Part shown: piece after piece, positions 1-9,638 of the stretch
Layout: every line of letters starts with the position of its first letter
Position numbering within the stretch: position 1 is the stretch's first letter
NCBI GenBank assembly: GCA_964482155.1
Contig: CAYZWM010000003.1
Location: forward strand, 1-45,955
DNA: 45,955 nucleotides
Origin: an uncultured Chitinophagaceae bacterium
GTDB lineage: Bacteria > Bacteroidota > Bacteroidia > NS11-12g > UBA9320
Reading direction: 5' to 3'
The notes under the pieces: model-generated
Seen by the model: only the letters and a program-made list of their open reading frames with translations
The model's database searches: none
Told to the model about the DNA's origin: nothing
Translations under genes and position numbers: made by a program

Positions 1-1
1 T

Positions 2-892
2 TTGGAGTCGCATTTCTGCCTTCAGCTAATGGATGCCTACGATGATGGTATTCGTATCTTTAAGGCTTATCTAAATGAAGATCCATATCACGAAGTTGTC
101 TGGCTTACTCTAGGGCAAATCTACATGACCACAAACCAAAAAGATGAAGCGTTAGATGCCTTTGATTTTGCCATTGCAATCGACGAAGAATATGCAGAAG
201 CTCATTTTGAACGCGGCCAATGCCTTGTTGAAAAGAAAGATTTTTTGAATGCGTCAAAATCATTTGACGACTACATCAAGCTGGAAGGTCCTGACCAATT
301 CGCCTACGTCAACCTCGGTGACTGTTACAAAGCAATGAACCGACTTTCGAAAAGCAGGATGTATTACAAACTCGCTTTGAAATCCGACCCAAAATTTGGC
401 CATGCATGGCACGGTTTAGGCCAAACCTACGTGATGGAAGACAAACATGCTGACGCACTTACATTCTTCAAAAAAGCCAACATCATCCTTCCGGATGACG
501 AATATATTTTATTGGAGTTGGTAAAAACGCAGATAACCGTTGGGTTGATTCAAGAGGCTGAAACGACCTTAGAAGAAATGACCAACACCTCTCCATTAAG
601 AGAATCGGTTTGGCTCCTATTAGCAAGCCTACAAAAGCAATACGGAGAAGCTTCTACAGCCATAGAGACACTTCAGGAAGGGATAAAATCAATTAGCCAA
701 AGCGCCAAGCTCTTATACAAATTAGCTGCTTATTGTTTCCTTTCCGACCGAGGTTCAGAAGGCTTTGAGCGACTTACTGACGCCCTACTACTCGATTATG
801 AAGAACACCATTTACTTTTTAGTGATGCGCCAAAGTTGGCTGATAACAAAGCGATAAACGACATTATTGACTTATATAGAAACGAAAAATAA
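2..892 (+). CDS. TPR repeat protein (5' end probably outside the window)
   Basis: The frame is open from the window edge. There are repeated ~34-aa units with TPR-like A/Y/G spacing (EALDAFDFAIAIDEEYAEAHFERGQC, AMNRLSKSRMYYKLALKSDPKFGHAWHGLGQTY). Confidence 0.75.
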   Translation: MESHFCLQLMDAYDDGIRIFKAYLNEDPYHEVVWLTLGQIYMTTNQKDEALDAFDFAIAIDEEYAEAHFERGQCLVEKKDFLNASKSFDDYIKLEGPDQFAYVNLGDCYKAMNRLSKSRMYYKLALKSDPKFGHAWHGLGQTYVMEDKHADALTFFKKANIILPDDEYILLELVKTQITVGLIQEAETTLEEMTNTSPLRESVWLLLASLQKQYGEASTAIETLQEGIKSISQSAKLLYKLAAYCFLSDRGSEGFERLTDALLLDYEEHHLLFSDAPKLADNKAINDIIDLYRNEK

Positions 893-896
893 TAGA

Positions 897-1670
897 ATGA
901 ACGATACGTATAATTATCAATTACCACAATTACCCGAACGTTCCGTAAAACCAAGAAATAGTGGTCTGACCATGGTCATGGACAAAGGCCTAGGACTACG
1001 TCAGGTAGAAGACTTCTTAGAATCTTCAGAACAATATGTAGACATCGTAAAACTTGGATTTGGAACATCTATTGTGACCCCAAAACTTGAGGAGAAGCTT
1101 GCTCTTTACAAAGAAGCCAAGATTCCGGTTTACCTTGGTGGCACCTTGTTTGAGGCCTTTTTAGTTCGAGGCAAAGTAGACGACTACAAACGCCTGTTAG
1201 AGAAGTATGGTATTACCCACATGGAAATCAGTGATGGTAGTATCGAAATCACCCAGGAAGAAAAATGCCGACACATTGTCTCATTTGCTAAAGACTTTAC
1301 CGTACTGTCTGAAGTAGGTTCAAAGGATGCAGAAAAGATCATCCCTCCGTATAAATGGATTGCTATGATGAAGGCAGAATTAGAGGCCGGTGCATGGAAA
1401 GTAATCGCCGAAGCTCGGGAGAGTGGCACGGTAGGTATTTTTAGAAGTACAGGAGAAGTGCGATCCGGATTGATTGAAGAAATTTTAACTCAAATCCCTC
1501 AGGAGAAAATTCTATGGGAAGCACCTCAAAAAGTACAACAACTTTGGTTTATTGAACTTTACGGAGCAAACGTAAGTCTTGGAAACATTGCACCAAATGA
1601 AGTCATTCCATTGGAGACACTTCGTATTGGTCTTCGAGGAGACTCGTTTAGCTTCTTTTTAGACAAATAA
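897..1670 (+). CDS. comA: Phosphosulfolactate synthase (ComA / YitD family)
   Basis: LTMVMDKGLG...YVDIVKLGFGTS...MEISDGSI...LSEVGSKD resembles the (2R)-phospho-3-sulfolactate synthase family. I prefer the ATG at 897 (MNDTYNY) over the track start at 867, which overlaps the upstream gene. Confidence 0.72.
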   Translation: MNDTYNYQLPQLPERSVKPRNSGLTMVMDKGLGLRQVEDFLESSEQYVDIVKLGFGTSIVTPKLEEKLALYKEAKIPVYLGGTLFEAFLVRGKVDDYKRLLEKYGITHMEISDGSIEITQEEKCRHIVSFAKDFTVLSEVGSKDAEKIIPPYKWIAMMKAELEAGAWKVIAEARESGTVGIFRSTGEVRSGLIEEILTQIPQEKILWEAPQKVQQLWFIELYGANVSLGNIAPNEVIPLETLRIGLRGDSFSFFLDK

Positions 1671-1757
1671 GAACTTGAAGTCCGTTTGGATCTGTATTCA
1701 AATTGGCTTGACTAAATAAAAGCTCTATCCATTTACACGAGCTTGCAAAATCGTTAA

Positions 1758-1786
1758 AGAGGGAATCTGTGATTCCCTCTTTTTTT
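1758..1786 (+). terminator. Rho-independent terminator downstream of comA
   Basis: A perfect 10-bp stem agagggaatc / gattccctct with a 3-nt loop, followed by a T6 run. Confidence 0.7.
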
Positions 1787-1999
1787 ATATCTGTACATTA
1801 TACCACAGTTTCTGCCGAATGCAAAAACACCAACACAATACATTGACTACAAGTCTATTATAATATTTAATCAAACTACCTTTTGACCAAATATCGATGG
1901 ACTGGGTCATTATTGACGATAAAAGGAGGCAACCATTTACGCAAGTCTGCGTCTATTGAAGTATACTTTGTATAGTAGAAGTTAATATAGACCTTGCCT

Positions 2000-4900
2000 A
2001 TGACCCTAACTAGACAAACCTTCTTTGTTTCACTCTTTTTGATGCTGGCATTCCAGGCTTCCTCACAAGTCAAATTGAATGGAGGCGGCTCAATATGTAT
2101 TGGGGATTTATCCTTTTTCAGCTATACACCACCATCCGGAAAAACCGTCGTATCCCACATCTGGGCTTTTGGAGATGGTTTTACATCAAATATGGCTGGA
2201 CCAGGTCATCTCTTTAAAAAAACAGGAACATTTACGGTTGAGGTCACGGCCACTTTTTCGACAGGCTCACCTAAAACGGAAAAACTTTCCGTTGAAGTTG
2301 TGAGTTTACCCACAAGCAAGATGAAGCTTGATGCCAATTCCGACACCTGCCAATACACAAATAATGTATGCATACTGGATCAGTCAACCGAGGCGATTGC
2401 CGGACAAAACATAGTGACTCGAAATATGACCTGGGGCGATGGAACTTTCTTTTCACACTCAAGTGCCAACAAAACAGAATGCCACAAATTTCCGAGCTTC
2501 GACAACTACGAGATCCAAATGGAAGTGGTCGACAATTTGGGATGTAAATCGTCTACCACCCTAAAGGTCAAAATTTTGCCTGGGATTAGAGCAAAAATCA
2601 AAGATTCTACTACGTTTTCGGATTGCGTTAAGGCTCGTGTCTGTTTCACCAACGGTTCAGTCTACACCACCAAGAATAAAATAAATTACACCTGGAACGT
2701 AGACCAAGTGGCCTCGTCTAAACCCCATTTTGCTAATGATCCTAACTGCGTTGCCGTAACGACAACAAGAACCGTTAAAGCGGAACTGGAAGCCAGCGTG
2801 GAAGGAGGATGTTCAAGTAAAACGTCTATTCAGGTACCCGTTCAGATAAATCAAATGTCTCGATCCATTCAACTGGGTGGAAACCCCATTTGTTATGGAA
2901 CAGGACGAGTCAGTTTATCGGTTAATTCTTTAAAAAATGAAGAAGTCCGATGGTATGTCGACGGACGATCGATGAGTAAATTGTCTTCATTTCAACTCAA
3001 TTTCAAAAATCATGACATAGGCCTTGGATCACATGAAGTAATATGCAAGGTGTCTAACGACAATTGTTCCATAACCCTGACAGAAAACTTTTACGTCAAA
3101 GGTCCTATTGCTGAAGTGACCATCATAAATCAATATCAGTGCGAGACCAGAAGACGTGTCTTTTTCATTGACCAGTCCAAAGGTGTTGACACGGCAAATA
3201 CTGTTTTTAATTGGGTTGTATATGATGCTTATGGAGATGATTGTATAATAAACCGTGCTAAAAACATAAATAAAGGCAAGAATTGTAACGAGACAGTCGG
3301 TTGGTTCGCCAAACATGATTACACCAAACAGGGTGCGTACAACGTTCTATTTACAGTTACAGATACCGTTAGCGGATGCTCAGATGTACTTACAGACCGA
3401 GTATATATTGACCTCTGTGGACAATGTACCCCTCGATCTTCGCCTTTCATAATTTGCCAAAACGATACGTTTCTGCCCGGCCGTACGACTCCAGGAGATC
3501 CCAAATCCTATTCTCTTGACAACGGTAAAAACTGGTACCCATACCCTTCTCGTGTACCTAACGAGTACCTGGGTGTGTACGATGTGCTTTTAGCCTTTAG
3601 TTACTCTGGTCCTATATGGGCCGAAGATTATGGAGACGATTCCATTCGTATCATCAACTCACCGTACACCCTTCGCGACACCATTAAGCGAACAAATTAT
3701 CTCAATATTATCCCCCTTAATAGCGATAGTGTTTCCTTTGAGTTTGTAGACGGCTGCGACCCTTATGAAGCCATTGTAAAGTTTGGTGAAGGACAGTTCA
3801 CAAGCGGAGAATCGATTGCCATTTATTGGGGTGATTCGACTGTAGATACTATGTACTTTTATACAATCACCAAGCTCAAATCCATCAGCCATACCTATAC
3901 AAGCACGGGCGATATAGGAACCATTGAAGTCCGCCTCTATAATTCCAGAGGATGCGTAAATAAATACACTCGCTCGTTTAGCTATGGATTCAAGAGTAAA
4001 ATTGTTATCACTGGCCGTCAATGCAAAGGTGAAATGATCTGTATACGAGCGGATGTTTTAGACGTCAAAAGAAACACCTACTGGGGTCCTGATGCAGGTT
4101 TAGGCACTGTTCATTGGGTGCTGGATGGAGACACACTGGAATCAGACGTATACAATCATTGTCAGAATCTTTCGGTGGGTTGGCACAACGTAAAACTCAC
4201 CACAGAAACCAATATGGGATGTTTTTACACCACATCCGAAAACTTCGTTGTCCAGGAAGTTGTTGCTGGAGTTACCGCACAATCCATGCTGTACTATTGC
4301 AAAGGGTTGATGCAGTTTCAAGACTCTTCCCAATTGGTGGTCAAAAATGCAGGAGATTCTATGCGATACTATCTCTGGGATTTTGGAACCGGATATTTTG
4401 GCACCTGGGAGAAAAATCCGATAAAATCGTTTGATGGGAGTAAGAAGGAAATTCATGTTAAACATGCTGTCATATCATCTGGAGGATGTAGAGATACGAT
4501 TGAATACATCTTCAACATTCTCACCTCTAAACCCTGGTTTACCATTGATGACACCTTCGGTTGTGCACCTGTAACCGTGAATCTCAAAAACCTTTCCCTG
4601 GGGTCCACCCATTTTATCTGGGAGTTGGGCGATACCGGAAATGTAACCATCGAAAAAACGGACTTAACGCCATTTGCATACACCTATAACGCACCCGGTG
4701 TATATCAACTTAACCTGATCGGCATTGATTCGTTTTACAGCAAGACCAATAATCAGACGTACTACTGTCATACCATTTATCCCGGTGTGGATTACCCACC
4801 TATAACCGTTACCGTCATTCCCTCTTCACATCCTGGAATTTCTGGGCCTGACATACTGTGTGTGGGTGAAATAGGTGTTTTTACCAGCATGAGCAGCAAC

Positions 4901-5647
4901 GACTACGATTTCGACACCTGGCGCATGGACGATGGCCGAATTGTTCAGTATCCGCCCGGACACACTGTTCGAAAGACCTATAAACAAACCGGATATTATA
5001 CCTACTACATCGAACCTGTATTCGCAGGTCAATTGGTGTCTCCCAGATGCATTTCGCAAATCCAGAAACAAGTGCAGGTTGTTGATATAGAAGCTGAATT
5101 TGTAGTTAGCCCTTACAGTGTTGCACCACAATATGATTTTAAGAACTTTACCACGCCCTCGAATTCAAGTTACGAATGGGATTTCGGCGACGATGCATCG
5201 GGTAGTAGTAATTACTCGTCTCAAATGAATCCAAGTCACCTATATATGAATGCGTCAGGCCGTTTTGAGGTTTGTTTGACAGCCATCTCGCCTCATGGGT
5301 GTAGAGATTCGGTATGTAAACCAGTAGATGTGGCATATCAATTAAAATTGGAAACGTACAACGTATTTACCCCGGGCAATAACGATGGAAAGAACGATTG
5401 GTTTCAAATCGAAATTGAAGGAGAAGCCTCACACGACATGTCCATTTTTAATCGATGGGGCGAATTGGTGTTTAGTAGTTCCTCTAAAACGGAAGTGGAG
5501 GAAAACATTGTATGGAACGGTAAAGTCCACAATGTAGGTGCGAACTGCCCTTCGGGAACTTACTTTTACGTTTTAAGGTACGCTACCCTCATTGACCCAT
5601 ACGCGCCGCTAAAAGCAGAAGGCACCATTACGCTAATTAGAAAATAA
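2000..5647 (+). CDS. Large PKD-repeat cell-surface protein with a T9SS type B (gliding-motility-associated) C-terminal sorting domain
   Basis: Signal peptide MTLTRQTFFVSLFLMLAFQASSQ. Several PKD-like units (WAFGDG, WGDG, WDFGTG, WELGD, WDFGDD, each followed by ...GC). C-terminus YNVFTPGNNDGKNDWFQIE...IFNRWGELVF...GTYFYVLRY...GTITLIRK. The ATG at 2000 is preferred over the TTG at 1994. Confidence 0.85.
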   Translation: MTLTRQTFFVSLFLMLAFQASSQVKLNGGGSICIGDLSFFSYTPPSGKTVVSHIWAFGDGFTSNMAGPGHLFKKTGTFTVEVTATFSTGSPKTEKLSVEVVSLPTSKMKLDANSDTCQYTNNVCILDQSTEAIAGQNIVTRNMTWGDGTFFSHSSANKTECHKFPSFDNYEIQMEVVDNLGCKSSTTLKVKILPGIRAKIKDSTTFSDCVKARVCFTNGSVYTTKNKINYTWNVDQVASSKPHFANDPNCVAVTTTRTVKAELEASVEGGCSSKTSIQVPVQINQMSRSIQLGGNPICYGTGRVSLSVNSLKNEEVRWYVDGRSMSKLSSFQLNFKNHDIGLGSHEVICKVSNDNCSITLTENFYVKGPIAEVTIINQYQCETRRRVFFIDQSKGVDTANTVFNWVVYDAYGDDCIINRAKNINKGKNCNETVGWFAKHDYTKQGAYNVLFTVTDTVSGCSDVLTDRVYIDLCGQCTPRSSPFIICQNDTFLPGRTTPGDPKSYSLDNGKNWYPYPSRVPNEYLGVYDVLLAFSYSGPIWAEDYGDDSIRIINSPYTLRDTIKRTNYLNIIPLNSDSVSFEFVDGCDPYEAIVKFGEGQFTSGESIAIYWGDSTVDTMYFYTITKLKSISHTYTSTGDIGTIEVRLYNSRGCVNKYTRSFSYGFKSKIVITGRQCKGEMICIRADVLDVKRNTYWGPDAGLGTVHWVLDGDTLESDVYNHCQNLSVGWHNVKLTTETNMGCFYTTSENFVVQEVVAGVTAQSMLYYCKGLMQFQDSSQLVVKNAGDSMRYYLWDFGTGYFGTWEKNPIKSFDGSKKEIHVKHAVISSGGCRDTIEYIFNILTSKPWFTIDDTFGCAPVTVNLKNLSLGSTHFIWELGDTGNVTIEKTDLTPFAYTYNAPGVYQLNLIGIDSFYSKTNNQTYYCHTIYPGVDYPPITVTVIPSSHPGISGPDILCVGEIGVFTSMSSNDYDFDTWRMDDGRIVQYPPGHTVRKTYKQTGYYTYYIEPVFAGQLVSPRCISQIQKQVQVVDIEAEFVVSPYSVAPQYDFKNFTTPSNSSYEWDFGDDASGSSNYSSQMNPSHLYMNASGRFEVCLTAISPHGCRDSVCKPVDVAYQLKLETYNVFTPGNNDGKNDWFQIEIEGEASHDMSIFNRWGELVFSSSSKTEVEENIVWNGKVHNVGANCPSGTYFYVLRYATLIDPYAPLKAEGTITLIRK

Positions 5648-5891
5648 GGCACTCGAAAGGCTGCTCCCCTAAATCTTTACAAGGTGGTTAAACTCCAATA
5701 GATGGGCAACCGTTATTAACCATAGGATTTTTTGTACCTTGCGGTGCATGTTATTGTTGGAATCTTAGACTCCAATCATTGATTCTCGATACCATTTTTC
5801 CAGGCAAAATGACTAAAGACGACGATGTCTTTACAAGTCGAATTGACACGGATGGTTTAGCAATAACAGCATTAAGTTTAATACCCGGTTT

Positions 5892-6755
5892 ATGAAACGC
5901 ATAACTTTACTCCTTTTGGTTTTCCTTGGTTTAACAACTTCCATATTTGCCCAATGGGAGATCGGTATTGGTGGACTTGGTGTAGGACCAGTCGATCGAT
6001 TTCAAGGCAGCCTGTATAAAAACGGAGGCGGCCTTTTTATAAACCTGACCACGAAGTCGTTTTTGTCAGATAACCAACCTTGGGAATTGCGATTTGGGTT
6101 GTATATGGATGGCGTTGATGCCGGTAGAAAGTCTTTTGACACTAAATTATCTGATCCACCGGATGCCGAAGGGGAAATTGAATTTGCGAACTGTCAAATT
6201 GGGCATCACCTCATTACACGATTAGGCTACCAGGTCACACCCAAAATCACGGTTTTTATGGATGGTATTGTCGGCCATCGAAAATTTCATTCCGAGACCT
6301 TAACCGGACTTAAGGAATATAAGGAGGAGTATAAAACGGATGTCGAAAAAATATTTGTTGCCCGCACCTTTCGTTACGGAGTGGGAATGGGCAGCCGGAT
6401 TGGACTTACGAAGTCATTTGGCCTCGAAATTAGAGCGGACTATACCCGTGGCGGACAAGTGACGTACTTCGATCTAAAAAGCATTGTCGAATCGGATGAC
6501 GCGTTTTTATATGAGAGTCAAACCTGGAAGCACAGCGACCTGTTTATGGTCAGCTTATCGGCCAATTGGAAATTGTTTAAAATCGAGCCAGGCACATCGA
6601 CCAATTCCAGCACACCCAACAATACGTACACCCCAAGCTACAGGACTACACCGTCTCGAACTACGACGCCTACTACCCCTAAAAAGAAAACGGTTACACC
6701 CACCAAACCCATCCAAAAAAAGGAAGAGAAAAAAGAGGAGAAGATTAATTGGTAG
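5892..6755 (+). CDS. Putative outer-membrane beta-barrel protein with a Pro/Thr-rich, Lys/Glu-rich C-terminal tail
   Basis: Signal peptide MKRITLLLLVFLGLTTSIFAQ. Alternating hydrophobic strands (LRFGLYMDG, FRYGVGMGSRIG, LEIRADYTRG). Tail TPNNTYTPSYRTTPSRTTTPTTPKKKTVTPTKPIQKKEEKKEEK. Confidence 0.6.
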   Translation: MKRITLLLLVFLGLTTSIFAQWEIGIGGLGVGPVDRFQGSLYKNGGGLFINLTTKSFLSDNQPWELRFGLYMDGVDAGRKSFDTKLSDPPDAEGEIEFANCQIGHHLITRLGYQVTPKITVFMDGIVGHRKFHSETLTGLKEYKEEYKTDVEKIFVARTFRYGVGMGSRIGLTKSFGLEIRADYTRGGQVTYFDLKSIVESDDAFLYESQTWKHSDLFMVSLSANWKLFKIEPGTSTNSSTPNNTYTPSYRTTPSRTTTPTTPKKKTVTPTKPIQKKEEKKEEKINW

Positions 6756-6855
6756 TCCTATTCACAGCCTGGTTACCTAATCGTTGAATTAATGCGGGTA
6801 TATGGTTTAATCCAAGGTTAGCACGGAATTCAATCAAAAGACAACTCGACCATCG

Positions 6856-8202
6856 TTACGCTGAGTCACTGTCATCTTCTGACTCCGAATTCGGCAATTC
6901 GAGCAATTCTTTTGATTCCATCGAATCCAGTGTGCCTACATCTTTAAGTTTCCTGCTCATCACGCTTGTTCTGGTTAGTCGTAGGTCGTTTAGCGACTGT
7001 GATGCGGTATGCAGCTGTTTATCAACCTTGTCCAATTGGCCCGAGAATTTTTTAAATTCTGTTTTTACCGCTTCAAGTATCTTCCATACTTCACTACTTC
7101 TTTTTTGAACCGCAAGGGTTCTGAACCCCATTTGCAAGCTATTCAACAGGGCGGAAAGCGTCGTTGGCCCAGTGACTGTAATTCGATACTTTCTTTGGAG
7201 AACTTCAAACAGGCCAGGATGTCTCAATATTTCCGCATACAAACTCTCCACGGGTAAGAACATAATACCGAAGTCTGTAGTGTAGGGAGGATCTAAGTAC
7301 TTCTCACTGATGTCTTTTGCGAATGACTCCACCGTTTTGAGTAAGACTTTCTGTGCCTTTTCAATCACGGATTTTTCACCTTCATCGTAGGCATTGAGCA
7401 AAACCTCATAACTTTCGATCGGAAACTTCGAATCAACAGGCATCCAAACCTCTTCATCGCTGTCTTTGCCCGGTAATTTAATAGCAAACTCCACGTGAGC
7501 CTGGCTCCCCTTCTTTGTCGCCACATTTTTTGAGTACTGGTCTGGGGTGAGCACTTGTTCCAGAATATTTTCCAATTGATATTCGCCGAGTATCCCTCTG
7601 GTTTTTACATTTGACAATACCTTTTTGAGGTCGCCTACACCAATGGCAATGCTTTGCATTTCGCCCAAACCTTTGTGGACCTGTTCCAATCGATCACTCA
7701 CTAGTTTAAAGGATTCTCCAAGTCGTTTCTCTAAGGTGGATTGAAGTTTTTCGTCCACGGTTTTTCTCATCTCTGTCAGCTGTAGGGCATTGTCTTCTCG
7801 TATGGCAGTGAGTTGCTTCTCAATAGTGTCTTTGACCTCCTTGATCCGATCGGCAGATTGTTTGTTGAGGTCTGCTTGCTGTTTGTTGAAGTCGCCAAAC
7901 TTCTGTCTGATCAACTCGTTAAGATCCTTATTATGAGTGGTATTCGTTTCCGAAAACACCTTCATGTTTTTGGCCAACTCCTCACGGCTCTCTTTAGCAG
8001 TGTGACCACTTTCCTGTCTGTTGCGTTGAAACTCGTCTTGAATGGCTCGTGCACTTTTTTCTAAAGCCAGGTCAAACTTGACCATGGCATGTTCAATGTC
8101 TTTAAGTGTATCCAGCCGGTTATCACCTGCCTTTTTTCGAAATTGAATACCGATGTTAACCAGAGTCAGAACCAGTATCGCTATAAGAAGTCCTTCAATC
8201 AT
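6856..8202 (-). CDS. rmuC: DNA recombination protein RmuC
   Basis: N-terminal TM helix, a long coiled-coil and a C-terminal RmuC-type region (VEFAIKLPG...MPVDSKFP...FGIMFLPVESLYAE...ITVTGPTTLSALLNSLQMGF). Confidence 0.85.
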   Translation of the reverse strand: MIEGLLIAILVLTLVNIGIQFRKKAGDNRLDTLKDIEHAMVKFDLALEKSARAIQDEFQRNRQESGHTAKESREELAKNMKVFSETNTTHNKDLNELIRQKFGDFNKQQADLNKQSADRIKEVKDTIEKQLTAIREDNALQLTEMRKTVDEKLQSTLEKRLGESFKLVSDRLEQVHKGLGEMQSIAIGVGDLKKVLSNVKTRGILGEYQLENILEQVLTPDQYSKNVATKKGSQAHVEFAIKLPGKDSDEEVWMPVDSKFPIESYEVLLNAYDEGEKSVIEKAQKVLLKTVESFAKDISEKYLDPPYTTDFGIMFLPVESLYAEILRHPGLFEVLQRKYRITVTGPTTLSALLNSLQMGFRTLAVQKRSSEVWKILEAVKTEFKKFSGQLDKVDKQLHTASQSLNDLRLTRTSVMSRKLKDVGTLDSMESKELLELPNSESEDDSDSA

Positions 8203-8321
8203 AATGTCTTATCCTTAGAATGAGTATGCCTTAAAATCGTGTTATCGAAATCCCGGTAGTTCTTCATTTCATTGGTTTTTTTAACGTTGCTGTACAAGTA
8301 TTATTTCACCAAATGAATACA

Positions 8322-9440
8322 TCATGAGTCCAGGGTAGACAAGTTCAACAAATAGTTGGTACTTCGCCCACCCTGGCCTGCATCTACTAAAACACCCTTT
8401 TCAACTAAATCCTGTATATCTCTTCGAGCCGTATCTCGGTGTACTTTTGTCATCTTCGCCCATTTGGATGAATGTAATTTACCAACGAAATCACCGAGGA
8501 GTTTATTGATCATTTCCATTTGCCTTTCATTGAATTGAGTGTTTCTGAATACCTCCCAGAACCTAGCCTTTACTAATATGCTTGATAGTGTTTCATTGGT
8601 TATTTCTAATGCATCAAGGAGACGTTCGAAATACCAAACAAGCCATTGACTTATGTCCATATTCCCCTTTTGGGTAGACTCTAATATGGTATAATACCCC
8701 TTCTTCGATTTCAGGATTTGCGCCGACATACTATAGAATCGTTGGCTGGTTCGATCTGCTCTGGCTAATTGAGAATCTGCAATCGCTCTGGCAATCCTTC
8801 CGTTCCCATCATCAAACGGGTGGATACTTACAAACCATAAATGAGCTATAGCTGATTTAACCACAGGCTCAACACTTTCATTGGTATTAAACCACTCTAT
8901 AAACCGATTCATTTCAATTTCTAACCGATTAGCTTCTGGAGCCATATAATGTACCTTCTCTTTTCCCATTGCACCTGAGACAACTTGCATAGGGCCGTTT
9001 TCATCTCCCCGCCACTCTCCTACGGTTATCTTATATAGTCCGCTTCTTCCCGTTGGAAATAAGGCAGCTTGCCATCCACACAATCGATCTTTAGTTAAGG
9101 GCTCGTTATATTTCTGAGTTGCATCCAACATCATTTCCACCACTCCATCAACGTAGCGGCTGGTGGTAGGCAATCCAGAAATGTCCATCCCTAACCTTTG
9201 TGCCACGGATGACCTTACTTCTTCGGGATTCAGTAAATCTCCCTCTATTTTACTTGACTTAACAATATCTTCTGTTAACGTTTCGAGTACGGCTTCCTCT
9301 CTTAATTCGAACCCCATCCCCTCCATTCTGCCTATTAATCTACCTTGCAGATCACGTACCTTGCTTACATATGGGAGCAGTATTTCATCATCCCATTTAA
9401 AGTTTGGCCAATCTGTGCTCTGATGTAAATACATAATCAC
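8322..9440 (-). CDS. Fic family protein (DUF4172-type N-terminus, Fic core, C-terminal winged-helix)
   Basis: Fic motif HPFDDGNGRIARA. Upstream inhibitory-helix-like motif S-SKI-EG ([ST]xxxE[GN]). C-terminal KVHRDTARRDIQDLVEKGVLV is HTH-like. The start may be the third codon (MYLHQ). Confidence 0.9.
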   Translation of the reverse strand: MIMYLHQSTDWPNFKWDDEILLPYVSKVRDLQGRLIGRMEGMGFELREEAVLETLTEDIVKSSKIEGDLLNPEEVRSSVAQRLGMDISGLPTTSRYVDGVVEMMLDATQKYNEPLTKDRLCGWQAALFPTGRSGLYKITVGEWRGDENGPMQVVSGAMGKEKVHYMAPEANRLEIEMNRFIEWFNTNESVEPVVKSAIAHLWFVSIHPFDDGNGRIARAIADSQLARADRTSQRFYSMSAQILKSKKGYYTILESTQKGNMDISQWLVWYFERLLDALEITNETLSSILVKARFWEVFRNTQFNERQMEMINKLLGDFVGKLHSSKWAKMTKVHRDTARRDIQDLVEKGVLVDAGQGGRSTNYLLNLSTLDS

Positions 9441-9535
9441 TTCTCTTAAACGCCGTAATTTATACGACGAATATACAACTTATTCGCTGAATAGCCAACC
9501 TATCGCCGCACTATGTACGTCAATAGAGGCAGATC

Positions 9536-9558
9536 TTTGACGTATTTCATTCGTCAAA
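9536..9558. promoter_or_regulatory. Inverted repeat TTTGACG-N9-CGTCAAA in the fic upstream region (candidate operator)
   Basis: 7-bp perfect arms. A further TTGACG half-site lies at 9570-9575, and a second inverted repeat CGAATA-N7-TATTCG lies at 9468-9486, 28-46 nt upstream of the fic start. Confidence 0.3.
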
Positions 9559-9638
9559 AAAGTAATTAATTGACGAATTCATCTGACACCGGCTTCCGAA
9601 TTGTTCCGTACGATTGGCTTATGAGTTGTTGATCCCCG

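Noticed and set aside
6484-6780. +1-frame ORF over the Pro/Thr-Lys tail of the beta-barrel gene. Combined with the A8 run, it hints at a frameshift.
   Set aside because: Low-complexity DNA keeps alternative frames open. The product (RKRKKRRR...) looks like an artefact. There is no slippery-site or structure evidence.
6856-9440. RmuC nuclease-domain protein next to Fic, considered as a possible two-gene defence or toxin module.
   Set aside because: RmuC has the canonical housekeeping architecture (TM, coiled-coil, RmuC domain). The genes are separated by ~120 nt, and I see no mobile-element or island hallmarks. Adjacency alone is insufficient.
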